Shown one piece after another: positions 35,965-48,686 of a stretch of DNA of 64,000 bases. The DNA is from Podarcis filfolensis. Its lineage: Eukaryota. A program made the translations under genes and the position numbers. The stretch lies in assembly GCA_964270895.1 (NCBI GenBank), contig OZ185453.1; one strand, 5' to 3'. Each line of letters opens with the position of its first letter. Positions within the stretch are counted from its first letter, which is position 1. The notes beneath the pieces were generated by a model that worked only from the letters and a program-made list of their open reading frames with translations, had not been told where the DNA came from and made no database searches.

Positions 35965-36498
35965 GTATGTTGAAACTGGATTGGCTGAGTGGTCAAGTGA
36001 GTGAAGATTTCAGAGGATTGGGTCCAATTCCCTGCTTGGGCAAAAAGCTCACTAGGCAGCCATGAGCAAGATGCTCTCCCTTAGCCTAACTCACCTCCCA
36101 CAGTTGTTGTGAAGGCTGAAAAAGAGTGAAACAAAAAATCAGCAGGAATAGGCAATGGCACAGTTCAGCAGCATATATTTCAGTGCCTTGACTTTAGAAT
36201 GAGGGGTACAAGTACTCAAAAAATTGTGTTAGACACAGCCTTTCTCTGCCTAACTATAGCATTCCCAGGGTGTCTCTGGGCAAAGCCAAGATCCGGCTTA
36301 ATGTCTGGTATTTCTCGGGCTAATGAGAGACCCAGGAAGGACTGTCAAATCACAGGTGCTAAAATCATTTTCAAACTCCCAACTTCCTCAACTTCCCCCC
36401 AACTTCAGTGTTTGGTGCTACTCAAGCTGGGAGTCTCTGATCTGGGGGAAAGAAAAAGAGGGTTAGGATGTGTCCAGATTTTGGTGAAGGGCTGCTGT

Positions 36499-36703
36499 GT
36501 ATTTATTTATCTAATTATTATATTTATATCTCACCTTTCCTCCAAGGAGCTCAAGGTGGGACACATGGTTCTTCACCGCCACCCTTAATTATCTTCACCA
36601 CAACCCTGTGAGGTAGGTTAGGCTAAGAGACTGATTGGCCCAAGGTCACCATTCATGGCTGAGTCGGGTCCTAGTGCAACACGCTAAATCACTACACTGC
36701 ACT
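36499..36703 (-). mobile_element. tRNA-derived SINE (Squam3-like)
   Basis: TATTTATT tail at left, CAACCCTGTGAGGTAGGTTAGGCT core, CACTACACTG head at right. Confidence 0.7.
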
Positions 36704-36980
36704 AGTATTGGCAGGAACTAGAAAGAAACTGAAAAGTTGTCTGAACATGTGAAGCTGCCTTCTGCTATATCTGATCCGTGCAGAGTTAGATCATCCTGCC
36801 TAGTATTGTCTGCTCTGACTGGCAGCAGTTCTCCTGGATAAGATATTTTTAACTGGGATGGCATTACCTCTGGGCTACAGCCCCATGCCAATGTGTGTCT
36901 TTTCAATATGAGAAAGAAGAGGAACGTGCAGTGAAGATGAGAGAGAACTTAAATTCTGTTCAGGACATGAGTGCTTAATA

Positions 36981-37243
36981 CAGTGGTGCCTCGCAAGACG
37001 AAATTAATTCGTTCTGCGAGTTTCTTTGTCTTGCGAATTTTTCGTCTTGCGAGGCACGGAACTGCACCTCTTCAAGCAATGTGCCCGGTTTTAAGAAAAC
37101 GGAAACAAATTCGCAAGACGTTTTCGTCTTGCGAAGCAAGCCCATAGGGAAATTCGTCTTGCGAAGCAATTCTAAAAACGAAAAATTCTTTTGTCTTGCG
37201 AGTTTTTCGTCTTACGAGGCATTCGTCTTGCGAGGTACCACTG
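36981..37243. mobile_element. Tc1/mariner (pogo/Tigger-like) MITE, TA TSD
   Basis: TA|CAGTGGTGCCTCGCAAGACGAA ... TTCGTCTTGCGAGGTACCACTG|TA, with multiple internal TCGTCTTGCGA repeats. Confidence 0.9.
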
Positions 37244-37730
37244 TATTTCCTCAGGGAAAAGGCTTTGAGTGAGGCTGGGAGCATCTGGAAAGTGGTTCTG
37301 TAAGTGATCCACCATACCTATGACCTCAGAAAACTTTAGGAGACGCCTTGGTCAAGGCCATAAGAACAGTCCCTATGAGTCCAACTGAACACTATACTGG
37401 CAGAAGTCTAGAACGTGGATGGAAGCCAAATGTGCTTGCAATTTCTGGGTCATTGCTGGCACAAGAAGCTTCCACAGAGAGAAATTGAATGTGGACAGAG
37501 AATTCAAGTTGCTCCTCTCAGAATGAGGTATTGATAACTCCAGACATGCTCTCCTTAGGAACTTCCGCCACCTTGGTTGGGCTTGGATTCAATTTGTGCT
37601 TTGTTTCAGCTGGAGGAACATGTGCAAATTAAGTAGCTCCATGCAAATGTATATAACTTCTGTACTAGAATGTGGATATGTGTGTGTTGTGTGCAGGAGA
37701 GTCTTTAGCATCACACTATACTTAATGTAT

Positions 37731-37986
37731 GGGACGCGGGTGGCACTGTGGTTTAAACCACAGCTTGGGCTTGCCGATTGGAAGGTTGGCAGTTTGAGGC
37801 CCTGCGACGGGGTGAGCTCCTGTTGTTCGGTTCCTGCTCCTGCCAACCTAGCAGTTTGAAAGCACGTCAAAGTGCAAGTAGATAAATAGGTACCGCTCTG
37901 GCGGGAAGGTAAACGGCGTTTCCGTGCAACCCCAGAGTCGTTCGCAACCGGACGTAAATGTCAGGGGTCTCTTTACCTTTACCTTT
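37731..37986 (+). mobile_element. Sauria SINE with an internal deletion of about 100 bp
   Basis: GGGACGCGGG head and ACCTTT tail. TTTCCGTGC is joined directly to AACCCCAGAG. ACTTAATGT is duplicated at 37720-37728 and 37989-37997. Confidence 0.9.
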
Positions 37987-38163
37987 AAACTTAATGTGCT
38001 TAAACCTTAACACTAGCAGGTTCAGTTCAGTGAGACCTGTTTCTGCATACCTGTGTTTTACCTATTGGAAAGGCAGAGAAATAAATTGGATGGGGGGGGT
38101 AGAGGGTTTGAATCCTCTTGTTTGTTGGCAGCTGTTCAGTTATTATCCCCTTTTTGCTCCCAG

Positions 38164-38246
38164 GGAACCATATCCTTCCAGATGAAGATTTGGCTGCCTT
38201 CCATTGGAGCCTTCTTGGACCAGACCACCCACTAGCTTCACTCAAG
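38164..38246 (+). CDS. FAM120C: FAM120C exon 3 (NHILPDEDLAAFHWSLLGPDHPLASLK)
   Basis: ctcccag acceptor, AAG|gtagtg donor, phases 1/0. Confidence 0.96.
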
Positions 38247-39994
38247 GTAGTGCCAGCATCCCCTTGTCCTGTCTTGAGGGCAGCAAGGCAGGCAACCTTT
38301 TGGGGAATGAACTGGTGCAGTGGTGTCTTAAGGAGAAAAGACTGTGAGGTGGAGGTGAACTAGCACTCCAAAACCTTTTGTCCACAACTCTTGGGAGACA
38401 TGATTGTTTCTGAAGAGTGGCGGGAGAGGCAGTGCTTTCAAAACCAGTTCTGGGAAAGGGTGGCTCTGATGTTTAGAGTGGCGGTGCTGAGGTTAGCTCT
38501 ACTTGAACTCCGTACGACGTTTGTCCTTCAGACAAGTGGGAGAAATGCAGTTTGGACTAAGGCTAATAAAAACTAAGATTTATGTCCCTAGCTCTGGAAG
38601 AGGAGTGGAGCATCTCCTGATGTTGGACTCCAACTCCCATCAGCCCCAGCATAGCCAGTGGTCAGACATGATGGAATTTGTAGTTCAGCAACTTCTGTTT
38701 AGAGATATAATGGAATTAGGCTAGGTTTAGAAAAAAAGAGTCACAGCTCTTGGGGGGTCAGGGTGCATTTTTTCAGCTTCATTTTTGTTGTTTAGTTTTT
38801 TGTTTTTAAACTACTGCCACAGCTTGATATAGCTGGAGGACTTTTGATGGATAGAGCCACACAGCAAGAAGAGGAAAATCTTGATGAACCTCTGGCATGG
38901 GTTACTTTCCTGTTCTCTGCCAATGTCACGCTCCATGCTGGCTGCTGTAAAGGAGCTAAGATCAGTACATGCTTTATGCCCTAGGCAGTCGTATTTGTCA
39001 GGTGTATGCCAGTGTTTGATTTGTGTTGTAAGTATCTTTATTTGTCTGAAAAGGTATGTCTGCTAGTCCCACAAGGGTTCTCAAGGGGGCTTAGGAAACA
39101 GTTATAATAATGCCATACAAAACCTACATTGGAATTAGAACATCTTAAATCGATACAACAGCCAAGATAAAACAAAGTACATTAGTGATGCTTGCCCAAA
39201 GGACTAGCTAAACAGAAAGGTCTTGGGAAGTGAAAGGGGATAAGGAGGGTACCATTCCTGAGAAGGCCATGCCTCTTAAGGTGATGGGAGCGCACCCAGA
39301 GAAGGGTCTCTCCTGATGGTTTGAGAAAATGAGTACCTCCCAAGTAACTTGGCAAACACAAAAACACATGAAGAGGAGATAATATGACTTCAGACATGCA
39401 GTGGGTGTATGGCAGGGAGCTGTAGCCGATTTGCAGCTTCCCTGGTATATGCTCACTTCATATCCCTTCATGTTTAGAGATTTCAGCACTCTTGCTTCAT
39501 ATTCCTTTACTATAGCAAATGCCATAGTATCCCCAAGAAACATGATTGTTATGTGAATCTGCCCTTAATCTCTGATGTCAAAGTCAGTATGTGCAGAGGA
39601 TCCTGCTTTGGGATAAGGCAGTTGAACTAGGTGAGCTTCTGTCACTAGCAAGAGTTGCATAATAGGGTGGAGCCATTTCAGGATTTCAGAGCACCATGCT
39701 TCTGCACTAGGGATCAGCAGCTGGGAGGCCCCAGGGCCAAATTTGGTCCCTGAAAGGTACAAGCCATGTATCTTCCTATGGTACCCTATTGCAAGTCCGG
39801 AGAAGAAAGAGACATGTAGAAAGAGTCTGCGGCAGTAGGACTTCCTGTTCATCCACCTGGTGGGTGTGGGGACTGTCCCCAAAATAGCCCTCTGGTAGAA
39901 GTTGTTGCTTACCAGGCCTGTAGAACACAGAGATGTTGCCTTGCTGCTGTTTGCCTTTGCCAGGGATTTTAAGTGCTTTGTGTGCTGGTTCTAG

Positions 39995-40123
39995 GTGCGC
40001 GCCCATCAACTGGTCCTGCCACCCTGTGATGTAGTCATCAAGGCTGTGTCCGAGTATGTCAGCTCCATCAAAAATCCCTCCAACTTGGATGTGATAGGGA
40101 GAGATGTCTTCAAGCACTCCCAG
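39995..40123 (+). CDS. FAM120C: FAM120C exon 4 (VRAHQLVLPPCDVVIKAVSEYV...)
   Basis: ttctag acceptor, CAG|gtgaga donor, phases 0/0. Confidence 0.96.
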
Positions 40124-40498
40124 GTGAGACAGGGCCTGTGGTGCAGGGCTAAATTTCCACCTATCCTCGCAGCTGCTGTGAAAGTTGCAGGCAGTGGAGA
40201 GGTTTGGGATAAAGGGATCCACAGAAGGAAAAGAGGCTTATTTATGGGAACTGCTAAAATGAGGGTTAGATCCTGGGTTCCCATTTCAGCGCTTCCGCAG
40301 TCCACAACAGCTGGTTGGTTCATAGTGGCCTGCGCCTCCAACCCCATAACAATAGCAGATCGCATAACATTATAGCCCTCTGTGCTGGTCGGCTTGAGCA
40401 GGCGGTAGGATTTTCACACCGAATGCCATTGCGACTTGCAATTGGCCGCACTCCTGTCCCCGCCCCTGTCACTTTCTTTTCCTCTGGTTCCTCCCCAG

Positions 40499-40601
40499 TC
40501 CAGGACCGAAGATAAAATTGAGCGTTTCAAGAAGGCTGTAGAATACTATTCCGTGGCCACGAAGGCACCACCTACCCCAGTGGGCCAGTCCCCGTATGTT
40601 C
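40499..40601 (+). CDS. FAM120C: FAM120C exon 5 (SRTEDKIERFKKAVEYYSV...)
   Basis: ctccccag acceptor, C|gtgagt donor, phases 0/1. Confidence 0.94.
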
Positions 40602-41710
40602 GTGAGTATCCAGGCGGCGCTGGTCAACCTCACCTCTCTCTCAGCCGTGTTTTCTCCCGCTGTCCAAGAAGGTGAGGCCCTGCCTGATACCCTATGGCGC
40701 CCTCCGCTGGGAGAGATCAAGTCTGCACTTTTCTCTAGAGTTGCCACCTCCTGGCCCAAAGAGGGCTTGGGTGCCTTTCATTAGCCACGTGGCTGGAAGA
40801 AGTTTGGAGTGGCTTTCCCAGTGGCCATGCATTACAGGGTGCCAGAAACTCCACCTTTTGAACTTCTCTGTGTCACGGTCTGCTAAAGGCACTGGAGCAC
40901 CTTGCCAGGCCAGGGGCTGGTAATCTCATTGAGCCATTCACACATTCTGCCCTCCTACAAAACTACTATTAACAGCCATTTCTCATTGTCCACAGTTGTG
41001 TGTTAAAGTTACATAGCAAGAGGCCATTCTCAGGATCTCTTAACGAGGCATAGCTAATCTGGGTTAAGTGCCTCTGAACATGCATACTTGTTTAAGGATA
41101 TAGGTGCCTTGATGGACTTTAAATTCCCCTAGTCCAGCATCTTTTGCAAGAATCTCAAAAATCAGAGGAAATATGGAATCTGTTGAAAATTGAACAATGG
41201 TTTGCCAGTGAACTGCAGTCTACTATTTACCTTTTGCTGGACAAGAGAACTGGTATATCAATCAGCACCCCCTACTTTCTTTTTTTTTGGTCTGGAGTGA
41301 CTTTTCAGACAAAATTCCTCCAGGATTTCTGGACCAAAGTATGTGTCCTCATTCTGTATTGAACACCACCCTCTTCTCAGGAGATTTACACAGATCTTTG
41401 AGAGGCACTTTCCTAAACCATGCTGCCATGTACAGGGGTTCCAGCATGGCAGAGTACCATAAGATTGGCCAAAGGTACAAAGTCAGAGTCACCAGCTTGG
41501 GAAAGACATAAATGACTTTCCTTCATAACACAAAAATATGACTCCCCCTGCTCACACTTGCTTTTTGAAATGTTCATCAACCACATCCTAGTTTAACCAA
41601 CTTGTACATTGGCAGGTATCCACACTCAGTCTTTTTAATGGTCCTGGCAAGGGTGTGCTGGGAAAATGGAGATTCCTGTATTTTAACAAGGTGACAATTC
41701 TGTGTTTCAG

Positions 41711-41796
41711 TTCCAGCTTTTGGGCCCAACCACTTTGGAGGGGCAGCACCTATGAACCGCAATCCAATGGTACCGCTCCCTTCTGGGAAGGCTGTG
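41711..41796 (+). CDS. FAM120C: FAM120C exon 6 (LPAFGPNHFGGAAPMNRNPMVPLPSGKAV), missed by the ORF track
   Basis: Needed to convert phase 1 to phase 0 between exons 5 and 7. tttcag acceptor (in-frame alternative at 41716), GTG|gtaagt donor. Weak similarity to the human RNQ..SAGKP segment. Confidence 0.82.
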
Positions 41797-42647
41797 GTAA
41801 GTTCCCAGTCTTGCTTTAGGCAGATGTTCAGCTTTTCTTGAAAATTTTGTTCATTACTGTGTTCAAGATAGACAGGTCAGTGGCTGTGCCTCCTTATTGC
41901 TCATTGGGTTATTGAGGGGAGACTGTTGCTTGTCGCAAGCCCAGCCTACAACAAGCCTTTTTGTATTTCAGTGGAGGGTGAGGTAGTAGAATTCTGGATT
42001 GTGCTACTTCAGGCAGCAAGGGGTATTCGTGTGTCATTTTTAAAAATGCTCTCTTATGCAAAAAGCCACATACGTATAACAGACTAGCACATAAAAAAGA
42101 GGCTTGTGATAAACATATTCCTCTAGTTTACAGCATTCAAAAACATGACACCCTCTCCCTCCTGCACTCAGACTGAAGTAGTACAATCTGGAATTTTACC
42201 ACAGTCTGTCTCATTCTTCATAAAGTATAAATCTGCTGACCAAGGCCAAAATCTGTGTTTGCAAAGGGTAGGTCTGCACCTGCAATTCATTCATATGCAG
42301 GTGCTCTTGCAAGCATTTGGTCCCGTTTCAAGGAGAGCTATAAAACTGTACCATGAGAATGATCCCCTCTTGTTACCACTGCCCCCTTTAAAATCTGTTG
42401 CATTGCATCTTCTGCCAAGCCAGGGCTGTGCACATTTGTCTGTGATACCATATGGAGTGTGGCATCTGACGCATGTTATCATCATAGGCATCTCAGCCTT
42501 TAAAAAAATAAAAGTCATGTTTCTAACTCTTATAGTTGCTTGAGCTAAAGATGTAGACAGTACATGATCGCAGAAAGAGGATTGGACCATATCTCCAAAG
42601 GGAGAAATTTCAGTGCCTTGAACCCGTCCTCCCATGCAGAAACACAT

Positions 42648-42832
42648 AAAAGTGCCTTATACTGAATCAGCCTATGGCTCCATCTATTTCTGACTGCCAG
42701 CCACTGTCCAGGATTTCATGCAGAGCTCTCTCTCATCACTTGTTCTTTGAGCCCATTTTTTACTGCAGATGCTGGGGATTAGAGACCTGCCTGCAAAGCA
42801 TGTTCTCTGCTGCTAAGCTGTGGCCCTTCTCC
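42648..42832 (-). mobile_element. tRNA-derived SINE (Squam2-like)
   Basis: TGCCTTATACTGAATCAG...GACTGCCAGCC...GATGCTGGGGATT...TGCAAAGCATGTTCTCTGCTGCTAAGCT. A related older copy lies at about 36750-36890. Confidence 0.55.
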
Positions 42833-42898
42833 AGATTTGCTCAGGTAGCTCCAATGACAATCTGTCAACCCTTTCCCCCCCTTTGCTTCCATCTCCAG

Positions 42899-43215
42899 TT
42901 TGCACCTCAGATGGGGCCAAAGATGCAGTACCATCCGCCTTCCACTCATGGCGGTGTTGCCACCTCTTCGTCTTTCCTTCCCGGCCCTGGCTCCAGTTTT
43001 CTCTTCTCTCCACATGGCCTGGTGGATGCAGCCCCTTTCCACGAGGACCCTGCTCTGAAGGGCGGACACTTCAACAACTGGCCTGTTTCATATGACAACT
43101 GCCCCGCCAAGTTCCCCAACCACCACCTGAGTTCCAAGCCCTCCCCATCGTCTGGGCCTGGGTCTTCGCCCTCCTCCTCCTCCGATGGAGAAGAGCACAA
43201 CGGAACCAGCTCCAA
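42899..43215 (+). CDS. FAM120C: FAM120C exon 7 (Pro/Ser-rich, ...SSSSDGEEHNGTSS)
   Basis: ctccag acceptor, AA|gtgagt donor, phases 0/2. Confidence 0.92.
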
Positions 43216-43511
43216 GTGAGTGGGGACCTAGCGGCATTCTGAGATCTGCAGGACAGACTGGGGTGGCAGCTATGGATGTATGGGAGGAAGGTGGGTTGGA
43301 GGGGCCCATGACTGCTGTTCATGTGTCTGGGAAAGTGCGTAGCATTGAGCAGGGCTGGTGGAACCAGGAGGATTCCTCAGTTCTGATCTCATGGTGGGGT
43401 GGGGTGGGGTGGGGTGGGGGAAGAAGCTGGATAGAAGGGCCAGGTCCTGGCTTTGCTGCTTGCCACAGGGTGTGGGACTGCTAGTGTATCCCTTTCCTCT
43501 CACTGCTGCAG

Positions 43512-43797
43512 CCACGTCTCTGAATCCGGACCTCGCAAGTCTGGCTGGGAGGATCCTGGGGCTGAGAAGAGAATGACTCAGGGCTGGGGGCAGCAACCTG
43601 GGGGCACTGGCAACTCAGAGAGGAGCCTGAGTGGGCCTGAGGCTCACATTCCTTCGCTGCTCTCCATGGCGACTCGCAACCACATGGACATCACCACCCC
43701 GCCCCTGCCCACTGTTGCCCCCGAGGTGCTTCGGGTGGCTGAGCACCGGCACCGGCGAGGGCTTATGTACCCATTCATCTACCATGTCCTAACGAAG
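43512..43797 (+). CDS. FAM120C: FAM120C exon 8 (HIPSLLSMATRNHMDITTPPLPTVAPEVLRVAEHRHRRGLMYP)
   Basis: ctgcag acceptor, AAG|gtgagc donor, phases 2/0. Confidence 0.95.
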
Positions 43798-43920
43798 GTG
43801 AGCTGGGGCAGTGCATCTTTTGAGTTATTTTAACTGGCTCTCTGTGGGGTGGCTTGGAGGGCAGCACAGGGGCCAAGAGCCAGCAGTCCTGGACCCTCAG
43901 TTTCCAACCCTCCATTCCAG

Positions 43921-44092
43921 GGTGAAATCAAGATCCCAGTGTGCATTGAAGACGAGTGCAACACCGAGCTGCCGCCAGCAGCTGTCCTTTTCCGGGCTGC
44001 GCGGCAGCATGTCTATGGCGTCCTCTTCAGCGTGGCTGAGACCCAGAGGCGGATGGAACGGCTGGCTGTGCGCAAGCGTATCCCTGTGAAAA
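43921..44092 (+). CDS. FAM120C: FAM120C exon 9 (GEIKIPVCIEDECNTELPPAA...)
   Basis: ttccag acceptor, A|gtaggt donor, phases 0/1. Confidence 0.95.
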
Positions 44093-44447
44093 GTAGGTGA
44101 TCCCTTCTTCAGCCTGTGGTTGCTTTACTGTTCCAGTGTTGTGTTCGTAAAAGTGGACTATGGAATATGGAGATTCATTGGCAGCAAGGGCCTTTTTTTA
44201 TTGCGCATTGTGTTGAACTGCGGTACAGGTTGGCCTTGACTTGCCGTACATGCCTGCTGAATAGGTTCGGTCGTCATTGATAGGCAGCATCCTGGTTTTG
44301 TGTATCTTTCCTCCAGGTGGGCTGGGTCCAAATGGTGTTTCTCCTGATCATGTGAGCTTGGGGAAGTGCATTCTGCGTCTCCTTACAGGAACAGTGTGCA
44401 AGTGTTTTATCCTCGCAGTCAGATGGGCCCTGTTCTTTCCTCCATAG

Positions 44448-44697
44448 CTCCTCCTGTTATCATCAAGGAATGGTCGGCGTACAAGGGGAAGTCCCCACAG
44501 ACTCCAGAATTGGTATCGGCCCTTGCTTTTCGAGAGTGGACGTGTCCCAACCTCAAGAAGCTGTGGCTGGGCAAAGCAGTGGAGGACAAGAACCGACGCA
44601 TGAGAGCCTTCTTGGCCTGTATGAAATCAGACACCCCCAGCATGCTCAATCCCGCCAATGTCCCCACACACCTGCTGCTCATGTGCTGTGTGCTACG
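44448..44697 (+). CDS. FAM120C: FAM120C exon 10 (IIKEWSAYKGKSPQTPELV...LLMCCVLR)
   Basis: ccatag acceptor, CG|gtgagt donor, phases 1/2. Confidence 0.96.
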
Positions 44698-45102
44698 GTG
44701 AGTGGGGCAGGTCTTAGCACCATGGGTGGGAATGCTCAGGAGAGAGGGCTCCTGAGACAGGAAGGGTGGAGTGGCACAGCAGGATTTGGAAGAATTGTGG
44801 CTCTGTGTACGGGCGGGTGGAGCGCCAGTTATATCGTCTCCTGACTTGAGGCTCAAAACGTACTCTAGTAACTGAAAGTTCCTTCTATTTACCCATTTTG
44901 AGTTTCCAAGAAAATACAAGGTCTCTATCTATCTAGCTATTAATGTTGAGTTCCTGTTAAAATGCTTGTAACCTCCTCGTGCTTTAAAGTTAAATAGAAA
45001 AAGAAGCTGGGAAGTGTCCCTTGGGTCTCCTTTCCTCCCCAGTACATGGTGGAGTAACTCTTTTGATTTATAAATTCTGTAATATTTTCCCTTTTTTTTA
45101 AG

Positions 45103-45217
45103 ATACATGATACAATGGCCTGGGGGTCGGATCCTGCATAGACACGAGTTGGACGCCTTCCTGGCCCAGGCTGTGTCTGCTCAGCTATATGAGCCAGATC
45201 AGCTTCAAGAACTGAAG
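45103..45217 (+). CDS. FAM120C: FAM120C exon 11 (YMIQWPGGRILHRHELDAFLAQAVSAQLYEPDQLQELK)
   Basis: ttttaag acceptor, AAG|gtaagg donor, phases 2/0. Absent from the ORF track. Confidence 0.95.
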
Positions 45218-45260
45218 GTAAGGTTGAGCTTGGATCTTTGCAATCTTTATACCCTTAGGG

Positions 45261-45530
45261 CAGGAGTGGGGAATCTAGGATAAGGTTACCAGACGTCCCC
45301 GTTTCCCGGGGACAGTCCCCAGATTTACAAATCAGTCCCCTGACAAAATCCAATGAAGTTGAAAAGTTTCCCTGGATTCATTGAATAAAATCTGGTAACC
45401 TTAATCTAGGAACCATCTCAGATGTTGCTGGACTACCATTCCCACAATCCCTGACAATTGGCTGGGGCTACTGGCACTGATGAGAGTTGGAGTCCAACTG
45501 CATATGGAAGGCATTGATTCCCCATCTCTG
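45261..45530. mobile_element. Old hAT-type MITE interrupted by a younger MITE
   Basis: CAGGAGTGGGGAA...[insert]...CAGATGTTGCTGGACTACCATTCCCA...GAGTTGGAGTCCAAC...TTCCCCATCTCTG. Confidence 0.6.
45281..45403. mobile_element. hAT (Tip100-like) MITE, 13-bp TIR, perfect 8-bp TSD
   Basis: TAAGGTTACCAGA / TCTGGTAACCTTA. ATCTAGGA at 45273-45280 and 45404-45411. Confidence 0.9.
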
Positions 45531-46699
45531 TTGCAGGGAATCTGGAAGGCAGCTCAGTGGATTAGAGCTCGTGAGCTAAGGAAGGGGAACCTTTCTTGTC
45601 CATGAGAGGCAAAACCTTCCTGCAAATCATGCATTTTTTGCAGATGCACTCTCCTTGTCAGTGCTTCCTTGCTGCCTTTCACTCACCCATCCCACCCCAC
45701 CCCACCCCATCTCCTCTCATACTGCTGCTGTTCCTGCTAACCCAAAACTTCTAATTTTGCAAAACCTGAAATTTCAGACTCCTGTCTTGTCTCTGATGGC
45801 AGATGATACAATGGGTGGAATTCAGTATTGTGCTAGGACAAAACGTTCTGTCTGCGCAAGTATTGCAGCCCTTCTCCCTCCCTCTTTCCTTCAAGGTGTT
45901 TTGGATGTTCTCTTGACACCCTCCTCCCAAGTTAGTTTTGGGACTCATGCAGGGGGATGGGGGGAGCCCCATTGTGCAAGTGGAAGTCCTTGCACAGGGC
46001 TTTTGCTGACAAGGCTTGTTAGACTGGAATTCACCTATGTTTGGGCTGTTCTGCTCCAGACTGCAAGCGAGAGATCATATATTCCTTGTACATAGAGAAT
46101 GAGCATGCAGGCTTGGTGGTGGTGGTGGTTGAGAGAGGGTTCTAGTCTAATATCTTGGCTTTCTTAGTGGTATTCTAGTTTTCTGTGTACAGGGAACCTT
46201 TTCTGTGCATGAACCTTCCATCACGAGAGCCCCGGTTACAGATGGGTTTACTATCACTTCCTGTTGCTTATGACAAGACCTAAAACTTGTCATGTACATC
46301 CATATAAAGTCATCCTGCGTGTATTACATTGGATTGCGTAGACTTTTAAGCAGAGGAATTTGATGTAGAGCAGTAGTGAAAGAAATCCGTGGCATAATGT
46401 TTAGAGGTGTAACAGGAGGGCCACTGTGATCTTTAAAAATTGTCTGAAGCAGGGACTTTTGGTTGGAACTATGGTGAACTGAGATAATGTCTGCTAGCTC
46501 TCCACTAGCAGAGATGAGAGATGATCAGAGGATAAATCTGGCTACCTAACTCCCCTTTGGACTAAGGGAGGTCAAAGAGCACAGCCTCAGATATTCTGAA
46601 GAAGACATTCATCATCGTACTGAGGGAAAGATAAATCTGTGGAGGTGAAAATGTGTCTACAGCGAAGCAAATATATTGGCTCGAGCACTGCATAATCGC

Positions 46700-48140
46700 T
46701 CTTAAACTAGAGCTTAAATTTTGCACCCTCCTTTTCTTAATTATTATTAGTAGGACTGGAAAGAAAGGAATATAAATTGGATTTTCTATTTGTCAATTAA
46801 TAACACACAGGGAAAAGACTGCAGACAGTTAAAAGCAATAACAGATAACAGGCGGAAAGCCTTTTCAAGAAGATCTAAATAATTTACTGCCTGGAAATAC
46901 TGGAGCTCAAAATTGCTTATAATTTATTTTTTACGTCTTTTGTAAACCCTTGTTTCCCTGTGCTGAGTTGATGGAAAATGAAAGTGGGAATTGCTGTCTG
47001 CGTCACACAACACAAGGAAGCGAAGACAGTGTAATATATCATGCTGATACTAAAGACATCACTGATCCTTAAACTCATGCAAAGGCACAGCTAATAGACT
47101 TAAGAAACAGATTACAGGAGATGGTTAAGGAGATTGGGATACAGATAAGACGAATGGGAGGTGTAGGATCTGCAGTCGGCGAACAGAGGGACCATTTTTG
47201 TCTAAATGTGAAAAAAATACCAGATGGAACTGAGGAGACAGATTTATGGCTGCCAGAAAGGTGGGAGCTGATGACGGAATCTGCTGTAAAGTTGGAAATT
47301 TACTGACCACAAAAACAGCTGATGACAGTTCAAAGCATAGTTTTTTATACTGAATGTGCTTCCAAGGTTTGTCTGATGAGATGTGGAATAACAGATACGC
47401 AAACAGAAAAAGAGGGGGGGGGGGGAGAAAAGAATGAAAAATGATTTAATGAAGATTTAACAGGCAAACAAAGATGAATTACAACATTACTGAGAAAGGT
47501 TGGAACCCCTGAGGAGAAACTCACCATGAGGAACTGGGGAAAAATATACATATTGGACACTTGAAGATAACAATGCATAAATGAAGAGCTACATTAGACT
47601 TCCTGAGTGAGAAAAGATGTCTGGGTGTCTGGGAAGAAAATTTGAGATTACCATCTAGCAGAATGGGAAAAACTGGATATTTCTGGAGTGTAAATGCTAC
47701 ATGTTTTGAGTAATTGAAAATACAAATAATTGGCAGATAGAGAAGCGGAAACCTTCCCCCCCCTTTCATTTCTCCCCCGCTCCTTTACTTTGTTTTCTTT
47801 ATGATTGCTTATTTTTGATAGTTGATTTTTCTTTTGATTTCTTAAATGAAGATCCATACAGAGAGGTGATAGGAGAGGGTCTTTTCCAGGGTGTGAGGTT
47901 GAGAAGAGTCTTCCTTATATGGGGATTGAAGTTTATGAGCGAGGGCTATATACATATAATTTGGTGTATTATTATTACTATTATTGGTGTTAATGTTTCC
48001 TATCTGTTCTTCTTTTTTCTCTTTCTCTTTTCTTGTTCTTCCCTCTCTCCTCTATTTCTTGTCTTTTTGATTCTATTTGTCATAGATACTATTTTATTGT
48101 ATCGTGAAAACTTTAATAAAAATCTTTGGAGAAATAAAAG
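46700..48140 (+). mobile_element. Degraded L1-type LINE 3' fragment
   Basis: Frameshifted ORF2 C-terminal-like segments (about 47150-47620, AKLT...LDFL), a T-rich 3'UTR, and AATAAA plus an A-rich end at 48115-48140. Boundaries approximate. Confidence 0.5.
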
Positions 48141-48686
48141 TTGCCTGAAGCAGTAGAGCCAGCCCTCCTTTTGTTAAAGAAAGTGGTGCTGGGGCTCAGG
48201 TCTGCTTGAGAGCCAGAAACCATGCCCTCTGGAAGAGAGCCCTGCTTCTTAATATATTAAATATGGAGGGAGGGGACAGGTTGCAGGTACTCCCTGGGAA
48301 GGAAGGGCACATTATACATACCTGGAGGTATTTGCATCTAGTATTTTTTTAGTTCCTTTAAAAATGGGGCATGGTCCAGCAGGGGATAGGTAGAAAAGTG
48401 GTAAACATGGCTAAGAGAAAAGAGGGTGGGAGTACGATACCCACATGAGCCGTGACTCCAGAGCGCATTGGCCAGTGTAGAGCCACTAAAAGTTTGGCAC
48501 ACAGAGAACATCTGGCAGAGAGAGGTCTGCCCTGATGAGAGATGGGAAGATTTGGTGGAACAAGCCTGAGCCCTGACAAATTTTGGTTTGGGGTGTTTGC
48601 GCCCGGTTCCTGCTTCTGGCCCATTATGTAGTAGATTAATCTCTCCAGGGTTGGTGAGAGCAGGGACCTCAAAAGACACTTTTGAC

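Noticed and set aside
36981-37243. Repeated TCGTCTTGCGA units resembling a CRISPR-like array
   Set aside because: Irregular spacing, both orientations, enclosed by TIRs and a TA TSD. These are subterminal repeats of a MITE in a vertebrate intron.
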